The notes beneath the pieces were generated by a model. It was not told the origin of the DNA, made no database searches, and was given only the letters and a program-made list of their open reading frames with translations. The position numbers were made by a program, and so were the translations under genes. Shown here one piece after another: positions 8,982 through 17,482 of a stretch of DNA of 64,000 nt. The first letter of the stretch is position 1. Every line of letters starts with the position of its first letter. Source of the DNA: Hyphomicrobiales bacterium (GTDB lineage Bacteria; Pseudomonadota; Alphaproteobacteria; Rhizobiales; JAJFHC01). Location: contig OZ245783.1 of assembly GCA_965227875.1 (NCBI GenBank), positions 4,442,356 to 4,506,355 on the forward strand, read 5' to 3'.

Positions 8982-9944
8982 ATGAAAATCGGATTCATCG
9001 GACTTGGAAACGTCGGCGGCAAACTCGCCGGCAGCATACTCCGCAACGGACATGACCTGACGGTCCGCGATCTCGACCGTTCGGCGGCACAGCCGTTCCT
9101 CGACAATGGCGCAGGCTGGGCGGACACGCCGCGCGAACTGGCCCAAGCCTGCGACATCGTCATCACCTGCCTTCCCTCTCCGGCCGCCAGCGCCGCGGTG
9201 ATGGAAGCCGAAGACGGTGTGCTTGCCGGGTTCTCCGAAGGCAAGATCTGGCTCGAGATGTCGACGACAGACCAGGCCGAAGTCAAACGTCTCGGAGAGA
9301 AAGTCCTCGCTGCCGGTGGCGAAGCCGTGGACTGTCCGGTCTCGGGCGGCTGCCATCGCGCAGCGACTGGAAACATATCCATTTTCGCAGGGTGCGAGCG
9401 CCATACGTTCGAGAGGATCCTGCCCGTGCTCACCACGCTTGGGCGCAGGGTTCTGCATACCGGACCGCTCGGGTCGGCCTCCGTCCTCAAGGTCATGACC
9501 AATTATCTCGCCACGGCCAATCTCGTGACACTGTGCGAGGCGCTGACCACGTGCAAGATGGCCGGCATGGATATCAACACCACCTACGAGGCGATCAAGA
9601 TTTCGTCGGGCAATTCCTTCGTCCACGAGACCGAAAGCCAGGTCATCCTGAACGGGTCCCGCGATATCAACTTCACCATGGACCTGGTTCTGAAGGATAT
9701 CGGCCTGTTCCAGGACATCGCCGAGCGTGCCGGCGTGCCGCTCGAAGTGTCACCGCTGCTGATCAGCATATTCAAGGACGGTCTCGAGAAATACGGAGCG
9801 AGGGAATGGTCTCCGAACATCATCAGGCGTCTCGAGGACGCATGCGGTACCGAGGTGTTGGCCCCCGGCTTCCCCGCCGAAATGGTCGACGACGAACCGG
9901 AGGAGCCCGGATACGAAGTCATCCCGACAGGGCGTCCGGCCTGA
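8982..9944 (+). CDS. 3-hydroxyisobutyrate/beta-hydroxyacid dehydrogenase family oxidoreductase
   Basis: IGFIGLGNVG Rossmann motif, DCPVSGG, catalytic K in KVMTN, GGAGG RBS. Confidence 0.9.
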   Translation: MKIGFIGLGNVGGKLAGSILRNGHDLTVRDLDRSAAQPFLDNGAGWADTPRELAQACDIVITCLPSPAASAAVMEAEDGVLAGFSEGKIWLEMSTTDQAEVKRLGEKVLAAGGEAVDCPVSGGCHRAATGNISIFAGCERHTFERILPVLTTLGRRVLHTGPLGSASVLKVMTNYLATANLVTLCEALTTCKMAGMDINTTYEAIKISSGNSFVHETESQVILNGSRDINFTMDLVLKDIGLFQDIAERAGVPLEVSPLLISIFKDGLEKYGAREWSPNIIRRLEDACGTEVLAPGFPAEMVDDEPEEPGYEVIPTGRPA

Positions 9945-9946
9945 GT

Positions 9947-10147
9947 TCAGTCTGTCCTGTCGCCTCGCGCCAGTTCCAGGGCCTGCGCTATGACGTCTTC
10001 GTCGCCGATGTGGTTGGCCAGCACGAGGACCAGCCGTGCGTTGAACGCGGCGCTTTCCGCCATGTCGAGCCCCTGGTGCGCGGCGAGGATCCGGTTGTAG
10101 ACCACATCTGCATTTTCGAGGTTCGGTGATTTTACGAGTTCACTCAT
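9947..10147 (-). CDS. DUF2783 small protein (MhaB-like coupling subunit)
   Basis: 66 aa, ARLVLVLANHIGD motif, overlaps the stop of the FAD monooxygenase gene. Confidence 0.85.
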   Translation of the reverse strand: MSELVKSPNLENADVVYNRILAAHQGLDMAESAAFNARLVLVLANHIGDEDVIAQALELARGDRTD

Positions 10148-11738
10148 CGGACTGTCCCGTAGCCTTTCTCAGTGCGGCATCTATCCTGCCGGCATCGTAA
10201 TGGCGCCACCGCGCGCAAAGATGCTGGTCGGGGCGGACGAGGTAACACGCCCCCGGCGTTGCATCGAAACGCTCAGCGAAGAGGCCGTCGGCGTCCACAT
10301 ACTGCGTCCCGATACGCAGTGTCGCGATATCGCGGTCGAGGCCTCCGGTATCTTGCTCGTCCGTCACGATCAGCGTGAAACCCGGGCCCAGCAGATCGAG
10401 CAGCCAGACGGGTTGGCCGTCGCGGTCCTGCAGCGGTGTATCCGGGACCACCCCTCCGAGAGATGCACGCCCGCCGAACGTATCCATATCCGGCGTCGTA
10501 AGGTCCGTATCATAGACGCAGGGTGTCGAGAGACGGCCGGAATTCACCATCGTGCGTGCGAACGGCGCCCGCGAGGCGAGGTCCAGGACCGCGTCGCGAA
10601 AGAGCCGGGTCACGTCGTCGGCGGGTGCGATGAAGTCGGTGCTCCGCGTCGAATGGCCGATATTCTCATCCGCCGCCTGGCTTCGTTCGTCGTGATAGGA
10701 CCCGATAAGCGATGCCGGGGAACGGCCTGTAAGGACGCGTTCGAGTTTCCAGGCCAGGTTTTCCGCATCCTGCACGCCGCTGTTTGCGCCCCGGGCACCG
10801 AATGGCGAGACCTGGTGCGCGCTGTCGCCGGCGAAGATCGTGCGCCCGTGAACGAACTGCTCGATGCGCCGGCACTGAAACGTGTAGACGCTCACCCACT
10901 CCAGTTCGAATTCGCGCCCGCCGAGCATCTTCTCGAGCCGGGGCCGCACGCGGTCCGGGCGCGCTTCGACCTCCGGGTCGGCGTCCCATCCCAGTTGGAG
11001 GTCGATGCGCCAGACGTTGTCGGGCTGCTTGTGCAGGAGCGCGGACTGCCCGTTGTGGAAAGGCGGTTCGAACCAGAACCAGCGCTCGGGCGGAAAATCC
11101 GCGGACATGCGCACGTCGGCAATGAGAAACCGGTCCTCGAACACCTGCCCACGGAAGGCGATCCCGAGCATGTCGCGCAAGGCCGACCTTGCGCCGTCGG
11201 CTGCCACCAGGTAGTCGGCGTGAAGGCGGTACGGGCCGTCCGGCGTATCGATCGCCACGTCGACACCTTCGGTCGCGTTCCTGACGCCCGTGACCCTGTT
11301 CTTCCAGCGCAGGTCGATAAGCTCGTTCCGCGCACAGGCCGCCGCCAGGTGCGCCTCGACATAATATTGCTGCAGGTTGATGAAGGCCGGCATCTTGTGG
11401 CCCGGTTCCGGCAGCAGGTCGAAGGAATAGACTTCCGCGTCGCGCCAGAAAAGACGGCCCAGGTTCCAGGTCACGCCCTTCTCCACCTGCCAGTCGGCGA
11501 CGCCGAGACGATCAAAGATCTCGAGCGTGCGCTTCGAGAAGCAGATGGCCCGTGAGCCTTCGCCGATGCGGTTGTTGTCGTCGAGCAGCACGACCGGGAC
11601 GCCGCGTTGTGCCAGATCGAGCGCGAGCGTCATCCCGACAGGACCGGCACCGACGACGACAACCTTGTGGCGCGCGGGAGTGCCGGCGTCCTGATCGGTC
11701 GAGCGCGTGTAGCTGTACTGGTAGGTATGTTCAGGCAC
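10140..11738 (-). CDS. FAD-dependent aromatic monooxygenase (MhaA-like hydroxyphenylacetate hydroxylase candidate)
   Basis: GAGPVG, ADGARS and GDSAHQVSPFGARGANSG fingerprints, C-terminal LVRPDQH domain, located in the hmgA operon. Confidence 0.88.
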   Translation of the reverse strand: MPEHTYQYSYTRSTDQDAGTPARHKVVVVGAGPVGMTLALDLAQRGVPVVLLDDNNRIGEGSRAICFSKRTLEIFDRLGVADWQVEKGVTWNLGRLFWRDAEVYSFDLLPEPGHKMPAFINLQQYYVEAHLAAACARNELIDLRWKNRVTGVRNATEGVDVAIDTPDGPYRLHADYLVAADGARSALRDMLGIAFRGQVFEDRFLIADVRMSADFPPERWFWFEPPFHNGQSALLHKQPDNVWRIDLQLGWDADPEVEARPDRVRPRLEKMLGGREFELEWVSVYTFQCRRIEQFVHGRTIFAGDSAHQVSPFGARGANSGVQDAENLAWKLERVLTGRSPASLIGSYHDERSQAADENIGHSTRSTDFIAPADDVTRLFRDAVLDLASRAPFARTMVNSGRLSTPCVYDTDLTTPDMDTFGGRASLGGVVPDTPLQDRDGQPVWLLDLLGPGFTLIVTDEQDTGGLDRDIATLRIGTQYVDADGLFAERFDATPGACYLVRPDQHLCARWRHYDAGRIDAALRKATGQSDE

Positions 11739-11761
11739 GGCACGTCACCCGGGCAAGGGGG

Positions 11762-12712
11762 TCAGTTCTGTAGCTGCTGCCACATCTCCTGGTCGCGGAC
11801 GTCCGTCCAGATCTTGGGATGGTCCATGCCCTTCGCTTCGTCGTAGGCGCGGGAGACGTTGAACGGCAGGCAGTGCTCGAAAATCACCCAGTCCCCGTAT
11901 TTGGGGGACATGGATTCCTTCACGGCGTCGAATGTTTCCTTGAGCGAGGATCCCTTGGCCACGTGCTCGCGCACGATGCCGTAGAGCGTTTCGAGAAAGC
12001 CGCGGGTACCGGCGATGCCGTCCCGGACCATGTCTGCCGAGGTCAGCGCGTCGCCGCGGCCCGGCACGAGTTTCTCGGCACCGAAGGAGTCGAGACGTTC
12101 GAGCGTGGTCGGCCAGTCGGAGAAATGCGCATCCCCGCAATAGGGTGCCGCGCCGTATTCGACGAGATCGCCGGAAAACATCACCTTGGCGTCGGGAACC
12201 CAGGCCACGATATCCCCCATCGTGTGGCCGCGTCCGATATGCATCAGGCGGACCTCGCGATCGCCCAGCCAGAGCGACATGGAACTCTCGAAGGTCATGG
12301 TCGGCCATGTCAGGCCGGGCACGCTGTCGGCGGCCTGAAACAACCGCGGGAATCTTCCGTATTCGGAGTCCCAGTCCTGCTGGCCACGCTCGACGATCAT
12401 GTTGCGCGTCAGGTTGGACGCGATGATCTCCTGCGCGCCGTATCCCGAGGCGCCGAGAACGCGCACCGCGTGATAGTGGGTGAGGACCACGTGTTTCACC
12501 GGCTTGTCGGTGACGGTGCGGATCTTCTCGATCACGGTCTGCGCCATGACCGGCGTCGCCTGGGCGTCGATGACGATACAGCCGTCGTCGCCGACGATCA
12601 CGCCGCTGTTCGGGTCTCCTTCGGCCGTGAACGCATAGAGACCTTCGCCCAGTTCGGCGAAAGTGATCTGTTTCTCCGCCATGTCGCCGGTCGAGGCAAA
12701 TCCCTTAGACAT
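11762..12712 (-). CDS. MBL-fold metallo-hydrolase with atypical metal motif
   Basis: VID, THYHAVR (instead of HxHxDH), GHT, SGD and PGRG motifs. Confidence 0.88.
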   Translation of the reverse strand: MSKGFASTGDMAEKQITFAELGEGLYAFTAEGDPNSGVIVGDDGCIVIDAQATPVMAQTVIEKIRTVTDKPVKHVVLTHYHAVRVLGASGYGAQEIIASNLTRNMIVERGQQDWDSEYGRFPRLFQAADSVPGLTWPTMTFESSMSLWLGDREVRLMHIGRGHTMGDIVAWVPDAKVMFSGDLVEYGAAPYCGDAHFSDWPTTLERLDSFGAEKLVPGRGDALTSADMVRDGIAGTRGFLETLYGIVREHVAKGSSLKETFDAVKESMSPKYGDWVIFEHCLPFNVSRAYDEAKGMDHPKIWTDVRDQEMWQQLQN

Positions 12713-13688
12713 CGTATCTCACCACCTTCTGTTTGATTGCTCCGAAGACGGACCCGCCGTCCCTGTCCAACATCTCGATCCGGATCGTATCCCCGAAACG
12801 CATGAATGGCGTTCGCGCCTCGCCTTCGTCGATGATCTCGATCATGCGTTTTTCCGCAAGGCAGCAGGAACCCCGTGTCCTGTCGCGATTGGACACCGTG
12901 CCTGACCCGATGATCGTCCCTGCCCCCAGCGGCCGCGTGCGTGCGGCGTGTGCGATCAGTTCCGGCAGCGAGAAATTCATGTCGACACCGGCATCCGGAT
13001 CGCCGAACCATGCGTCGTTGTAATCGACGCGCAGTGGCAGGTGGATCTTTCCGTCCTTCCAGGCCGGACCCAGCATGTCGGGGGTCACGGCCACGGGGCC
13101 GAATGCGCTCGAGGGTTTTGCCTGGAAGAACCCGAAGCCCTTGCCGAGTTCACCAGGGATGAGATGGCGCAGGCTGACATCGTTGACGATCATCAGCAGC
13201 TTGACATGCCCGGCCGCGGCTTCGGCCGAAACGCCCATCGGGACGTCGTCGGTCACCACGGCCACCTCGGCCTCGAAATCGATCCCCCAGGCCTCGTCGG
13301 CGATCTCGATGTCCTGGCGCGGGTCGAGAAAGCTGTCGGACCCGCCCTGGTACATCAGCGGGTCGGTGAGAAAGCTCTCCGGCATCTCGGCGTTGCGTGC
13401 CTTGCGCACCAGTTCGGCATGGTTGAGATAGGCGCTTCCGTCAGCCCACTGGTAGGCGCGCGGCAGTGGCGACCGTGCCATGTCCTGGTCGAACGGTTCG
13501 CCTGCGTCCCGGTTCGCGTCGAAGGCATGCCATGCGTCGCGCATGGGGCTCTCCATATCGGACCAGTTGTCCAGCGCGGCCTGGAGCGTTGGCGCGAAAC
13601 CGTCCGCCGCTGTCTGGCGGGACAGGTCTGCGGACACGAAAACGAGCCTGCCGTCGCGCTGTCCGTTCCCGAGCGTGGCCAGTTTCAC
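12705..13688 (-). CDS. Fumarylacetoacetate hydrolase family protein
   Basis: DFEAEVAV, NDVSLR and GTIIGSGTVS motifs, directly downstream of hmgA. Confidence 0.9.
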   Translation of the reverse strand: MKLATLGNGQRDGRLVFVSADLSRQTAADGFAPTLQAALDNWSDMESPMRDAWHAFDANRDAGEPFDQDMARSPLPRAYQWADGSAYLNHAELVRKARNAEMPESFLTDPLMYQGGSDSFLDPRQDIEIADEAWGIDFEAEVAVVTDDVPMGVSAEAAAGHVKLLMIVNDVSLRHLIPGELGKGFGFFQAKPSSAFGPVAVTPDMLGPAWKDGKIHLPLRVDYNDAWFGDPDAGVDMNFSLPELIAHAARTRPLGAGTIIGSGTVSNRDRTRGSCCLAEKRMIEIIDEGEARTPFMRFGDTIRIEMLDRDGGSVFGAIKQKVVRYDV

Positions 13689-13730
13689 CTGGATGCTCCT
13701 CCCGTATGCGGCCGTCGTTGACGCAAGGCC

Positions 13731-14903
13731 CTATTCCGCCGCCTGCCGCGGGATCGAGGGGGCCTTCACCGGGCCGTCCTTCGCCTTCCAGCTCTCGGAA
13801 TACTCCGCGAACTCGACGCCGGCCGCGTCGTCTCCCATTTCGAGGGCGTCCCGGGTGTCGAGCATGACGGCGTATTCGTCGGTCGCGGCTTTGCGCGCCT
13901 CGTACATCGCCTGCAGCGCCTTGGGATGTGGACCGTGGGTGAAACCGCAAGGGTGCCAGGTCACCATGCCCGCTTCGATGTTGTCCCGGCTGAAGAAATC
14001 GCCGGCGTGATAGAAGATGACCTCGTCATAGTCGTCATTGTTGTGGAAAAACGGCACCTTGAGCGCGCCCGGGTCGCTTTCGAAGGGCCGCGGCGTGAAG
14101 GTGCAGATGACGAACCGGTTCCCCACCCAGGTCGTGTGGGCCGAGGGCGGCAGGTGGTAGCGGTGGCTCATCAGCGGCCGGATGTCCTTCACGTTGAGCC
14201 GCACGGGCGAGAGATCGCCGTGCCATCCCACCGCGTCGAGCGGGTTGAACGGATAGGTGACCGTCGAGAGCCGGTTGCGGCGCTTGATGTGCACTTGCCA
14301 TTCCTTCTCGTCCTTCTGGTCCTTGAAGGCTTCGTCGATCGCGGGTGTATCGAGAATGGCTTCGTCATAGACGGCATGGCGGCCCACGAGACCGCGCTCG
14401 GGGATCTTGTAGGAGCCGTTCGTGCTCTCGATCAGCAACATCGTCACGGGAGACGACGATTCGACCCGCCACATCGTGCTGCGGGGCAGGACCACATAAT
14501 CGCCCGTGGCGAATTCCAGATGGCCGTAGTCGCAGAAGAGCGAGCCGCTGCCCCGGTGAATGAACAGCAGTTCATCCCCGTCGCCATTGCGCACCAGGTG
14601 GTCCATCTTCCCGTCGCTCACCCAGTGGCGCATCTTGACGTGGGAATTGTGCAGCACAAGCCTGGCGTCCCAGGGGCTCGCCGTCGGCTTGTCGAACTTC
14701 GCCAGGTCGAACGCCCGCGGCCTGAGAGGGCCTTCCCAACTCAGCCAGCCGGTCGGCGGATGGCTGTGGTACATCATCGTGGCCGGCCCGAAAAAGCCTT
14801 CCTTGCCGAGTTCGCGTTCGAAGGTGCCCTCGGGCAGGTCGCAATGTGCCTGTCGCGATGCCTCGCCCTCGATGCGCGGAAAGGAAACGTAATTGCTGCC
14901 CAT
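13731..14903 (-). CDS. hmgA: Homogentisate 1,2-dioxygenase
   Basis: RNGDGDELLF, PLDAVGWHG, HLPPSAHTT, PFFHNNDDYDE and HGPHP Fe-ligand regions. Confidence 0.92.
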   Translation of the reverse strand: MGSNYVSFPRIEGEASRQAHCDLPEGTFERELGKEGFFGPATMMYHSHPPTGWLSWEGPLRPRAFDLAKFDKPTASPWDARLVLHNSHVKMRHWVSDGKMDHLVRNGDGDELLFIHRGSGSLFCDYGHLEFATGDYVVLPRSTMWRVESSSPVTMLLIESTNGSYKIPERGLVGRHAVYDEAILDTPAIDEAFKDQKDEKEWQVHIKRRNRLSTVTYPFNPLDAVGWHGDLSPVRLNVKDIRPLMSHRYHLPPSAHTTWVGNRFVICTFTPRPFESDPGALKVPFFHNNDDYDEVIFYHAGDFFSRDNIEAGMVTWHPCGFTHGPHPKALQAMYEARKAATDEYAVMLDTRDALEMGDDAAGVEFAEYSESWKAKDGPVKAPSIPRQAAE

Positions 14904-14992
14904 GATCCACCTCCTGTCGAGACCCGTCGCCCGCCGCCGGCAGGGTCGAACGGGCCGAAATCATTTACGAGTTGCCGTGGCGTGTCCTAATA

Positions 14993-15030
14993 TAGTTTCA
15001 TTTGCAACTTTTTAGTTTCATGTGCAACTA
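14993..15030. promoter_or_regulatory. Tandem MarR operators TAGTTTCATTTGCAACTT and TAGTTTCATGTGCAACTA
   Basis: Two 18-bp palindromes at 20-bp period (14993-15010, 15013-15030) between divergent hmgA and marR. Confidence 0.85.
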
Positions 15031-15045
15031 AAATCACGGAAATCC

Positions 15046-15486
15046 ATGACGGAACCGCTGCGCCTCGAGGCATTCCTGCCGTATCGACTCAATGTACTGG
15101 CCGCGAAAGTCAGCCAGGCTCTGGCGCGGCAATACGAGCAGACCTACGGCCTCTCCATCCCCGAATGGCGGGTCGTGGCGACACTCGGGCAGTTCGGTCC
15201 CCTGCCCGCCAAGGTCATCGCCGAACACAGCGAGATGGACAAGATCAAGGTCAGCCGCGCGGTCGCGCGCCTGAGCGACCGGGGCCTCGTGTCACGCAAT
15301 CGTGACGCCCGGGACGGCCGCATGACGGAACTGTCTTTGACCCGGCGCGGGCGCAAGACCTACCTTGAGATCGTTCCCGAAGCCCTGGCCTACGAGTCGG
15401 CGCTTCTCGAGGGCCTGAGCGAAGCCGACCTCGAGACCCTCGACCGGCTGATCGTGGCCCTGACGACGAAAGCCGAGACGTTCTGA
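15046..15486 (+). CDS. MarR family regulator divergent from hmgA
   Basis: FLPYRL, EWRVV, KIKVSRAV helix and DGR wing. Confidence 0.92.
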   Translation: MTEPLRLEAFLPYRLNVLAAKVSQALARQYEQTYGLSIPEWRVVATLGQFGPLPAKVIAEHSEMDKIKVSRAVARLSDRGLVSRNRDARDGRMTELSLTRRGRKTYLEIVPEALAYESALLEGLSEADLETLDRLIVALTTKAETF

Positions 15487-15517
15487 CAGCGTTCGGCGAT
15501 CCGGAGGAAAATGAACG

Positions 15518-16240
15518 ATGCCCCAGAACGGGATCAAGGCCCTCACTTTCGATACGGGCGGCACCATACTCGACTGGCACACCGGATTTTCCTCCGCGCT
15601 TGCCGAGGTCGGCCGGCGTCACGGGGAAGACCGGGACTGGCCGGAAATGGCCAACGAGATCCGGCGCCGTTCTCTCAAGCGCATGCTCAATCTCGGTGAG
15701 CACGAACCGCCGGCCTACACATTCGATGGCGCTCACAGGGCCGTGCTCGACGATGTGCTCGCGGAACACGGCCTCGATGCGTTCAACGGCGACGAGCGTC
15801 ACTTCATCGCCTACGAGCGGCCACACAGTTTCGATTGCTGGCCGGACTTTCCCTCGGTACTGCCCAGGCTTCGAGAGCACTTTCTCTGCGCATCCTTCAC
15901 GATCCTGAGTTTCCGGATCATCATGGACACGGCACGCCACAACGGCCTGCACTGGGATGCGGTGTTTTCCTGCGAGGGCATCGGCAAGTACAAGCTTCTG
16001 CCCGAGGCCTACAATTCGGTGGCCCGCTACCTGCAGCTCGAGCCCGGCGAATGCTGCATGGTCGCGTGCCACAATTTCGACCTCGACGCCGCGAAGGCCT
16101 GCGGATACCGAACCGCCTTCGTGAGGCGCCCGGACGAATGGGGACCTGCCGGGCCTCCGGATCCCGAACCCAACCCTGCGCACGACTTCATCGTCGACGA
16201 CTTTCCGGCCCTCGCCGACGCGCTCGGCGCGGGGACCTGA
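15518..16240 (+). CDS. HAD hydrolase (haloacid dehalogenase type II-like)
   Basis: TFDTGGTILD motif I, YK, MVACHNFDL. Confidence 0.88.
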   Translation: MPQNGIKALTFDTGGTILDWHTGFSSALAEVGRRHGEDRDWPEMANEIRRRSLKRMLNLGEHEPPAYTFDGAHRAVLDDVLAEHGLDAFNGDERHFIAYERPHSFDCWPDFPSVLPRLREHFLCASFTILSFRIIMDTARHNGLHWDAVFSCEGIGKYKLLPEAYNSVARYLQLEPGECCMVACHNFDLDAAKACGYRTAFVRRPDEWGPAGPPDPEPNPAHDFIVDDFPALADALGAGT

Positions 16241-16276
16241 CCGAAGCACCCCCTTCGCGCAGGCCCAGTTCGGGTT

Positions 16277-16663
16277 TCAGTCGATTTCGATGCCCATGCC
16301 GACGAGCACTTCCCGCGCCCAGTGGAAGGCACTGTTGGCCGCAGGGACGCCCGCATAGATCGCGGTCTGCATGAGGGCTTCTTTCATCTCGGCGATCGTG
16401 ACGCCGTTATGCACGGCCGCCTTGACGTGAAGCTTGAACTCGTCCGGCCGGTTGATGGCCGCGAGCATGGACAGGTTGATGAGGCTGCGGGTCTTCCGGT
16501 CGAGCCCGTCGCGTGTCCAGATCTCGCCCCAGCAATAACGCGTGATGAACTCCTGAAACTCCTCCGTCAGGCTGTCGGCGGCCGCCGTGGCACGATCGAC
16601 ATGTTCGTCGCCGAGAACGGCGCGGCGAACGCCCATTCCGGCTTCATAGGTGTCAGAACTCAT
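16277..16663 (-). CDS. pcaC: 4-carboxymuconolactone decarboxylase
   Basis: RRAVLGDEHV, WGEIWTR and YAGVPAAN motifs, downstream of pcaD. Confidence 0.9.
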   Translation of the reverse strand: MSSDTYEAGMGVRRAVLGDEHVDRATAAADSLTEEFQEFITRYCWGEIWTRDGLDRKTRSLINLSMLAAINRPDEFKLHVKAAVHNGVTIAEMKEALMQTAIYAGVPAANSAFHWAREVLVGMGIEID

Positions 16664-16672
16664 TGAATGCTC

Positions 16673-17452
16673 CTATTCGAGGAAACGGGAAAGGACCGCG
16701 GTGAAGGCCGCGCTCTGTTCGATGTTCGACAGATGCGCGGCATCGGCGATGACATGCAGTTCCGCGCCCGAGATCCCGTCCGCGATCGCTTCGGCGTGGT
16801 CGACCGGCGTCGCCGGGTCGCTGTCCCCGGCGATCACCAGGGTCGGCGCGCTGATTTCGGAAAGCCTGCCCCGAAGGTCCATGTCCCGGATTGCCGCGCA
16901 GCAACCCGCGTAGCCCTGAGGTGGCGTGGACAGGATCATGTCCTTGATGCGGTTCACCTCGCTGGGGTCGCGCGTCTGGAAACCGGGAGTGAACCACCGA
17001 TCGACGACCCCGTCCGCGATCGCCCCCATGCCGCCCTCGAGGACCGCAGCGATGCGGTCGTTCCAGAGGTCCTTCGGACCGAGATGACTCGAGGTGTTGC
17101 AAAGCACGAGCCTGTCGATGCGGTCGCCGACCTCGGCTCCCAGCCACTGGCCCACCATGCCGCCCTTGGACAGGCCGCAGTACCGGAAACGCTTGATCCC
17201 GAGCCCGTCGAGCAGCTCCAGGAGGTCGCGCCCGAGTTGGTCGATGCTGTAGTCGCCCTCTGGTGCGGCAGACTGTCCGTGGCCGCGGCTGTCATAGCGC
17301 AGGATGGCATATTGCGATGCCAGCGCATCGTACTGGGCGTCCCACATCTCGAGGCGGGTGCCGAGGGAATTGCTGAAGACAAGCACCGGTGCGGATGTAT
17401 TCCCGTCGATACGGTAATGCAGCCTGGTGCCGTTGACGTCCATCTCTGCCAT
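16673..17452 (-). CDS. pcaD: 3-oxoadipate enol-lactonase
   Basis: SNSLGT, YDSRGHG, GLSKGG, GYAGCCAAI and AHLSNIE motifs. Confidence 0.92.
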   Translation of the reverse strand: MAEMDVNGTRLHYRIDGNTSAPVLVFSNSLGTRLEMWDAQYDALASQYAILRYDSRGHGQSAAPEGDYSIDQLGRDLLELLDGLGIKRFRYCGLSKGGMVGQWLGAEVGDRIDRLVLCNTSSHLGPKDLWNDRIAAVLEGGMGAIADGVVDRWFTPGFQTRDPSEVNRIKDMILSTPPQGYAGCCAAIRDMDLRGRLSEISAPTLVIAGDSDPATPVDHAEAIADGISGAELHVIADAAHLSNIEQSAAFTAVLSRFLE

Positions 17453-17482
17453 ATCGGTTCTTTCCTTGCGTTGTATCCGTGA

